From: an uncultured bacterium
GTDB lineage: Bacteria > CSSED10-310 > CAZUFC01
DNA: 64,000 bases
Reading direction: 5' to 3'
Assembly: GCA_964619725.1 (NCBI GenBank)
Contig: CAZUFC010000015.1
Location: forward strand, 8,963 to 72,962
Part shown: piece after piece, positions 63,927 through 64,000 of the stretch
Layout of the letters: the number at the start of each line of letters is the position of its first letter
How positions within the stretch are numbered: position 1 is the first letter of the stretch
Translations under genes and position numbers: made by a program
Notes under the pieces: generated by a model
The model's input: only the letters and a program-made list of their open reading frames with translations
Database searches by the model: none
What the model was told of the DNA's origin: nothing

Positions 63927-64000
63927 ATGCTGTTCCATACTGAAATAATGTCCTGTGAGGATCCTGCCTGTTTATTATATTCTACCATGCTTTTTTTCGC

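Overview
64-kb chromosomal segment of a diderm, probably anaerobic bacterium (inferred from outer-membrane barrels, lgt/lspA, corrinoid methyltransferases and ORP-like Fe-S genes). It has about 44 CDSs and one tRNA-Ala(CGC), with no rRNA, transposase, integrase, reverse transcriptase or cas gene. Left to right: (1) a MarR-led quaternary-amine uptake/demethylation operon (non-pyrrolysine MttB family x2, pterin-binding methyltransferase, OpuBC-type ABC); (2) a GT-C glycosyltransferase divergent from a 5'-truncated beta-helix/dockerin/cohesin gene and a three-cohesin mini-scaffoldin with an IPTL-CTERM-like tail; (3) a long minus-strand envelope cluster (a second CTERM-tailed protein, a TonB-dependent receptor, an apparently plug-less TonB-type barrel, a peptidase-MA/TolB/Omp85 fusion, two lipoproteins, two GT-C enzymes, a YCF48-like propeller, rluD-lgt-lspA); (4) a molybdenum hydroxylase, an orphan two-repeat type I-E-like mini-CRISPR and an HD-GYP/GAF/GGDEF sensor; (5) a secreted C39-like peptidase plus a stand-alone copy of one of its domains, pilR-like/pilD, tRNA, a Gly/Ala-rich protein plus TPR partner, oppABC-like genes and NlpC/P60; (6) an exported pseudo-caspase facing a Ser/Thr kinase-FGE receptor, an OM barrel and OrpR-like/MrpORP-like/DUF364 genes. 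Several small non-coding dispersed repeats with terminal inverted repeats lie in intergenic regions. The best candidate for an undescribed system is the non-cellulolytic cohesin-dockerin surface scaffold with CTERM anchoring. All calls come from reading motifs by eye; no database searches were run.
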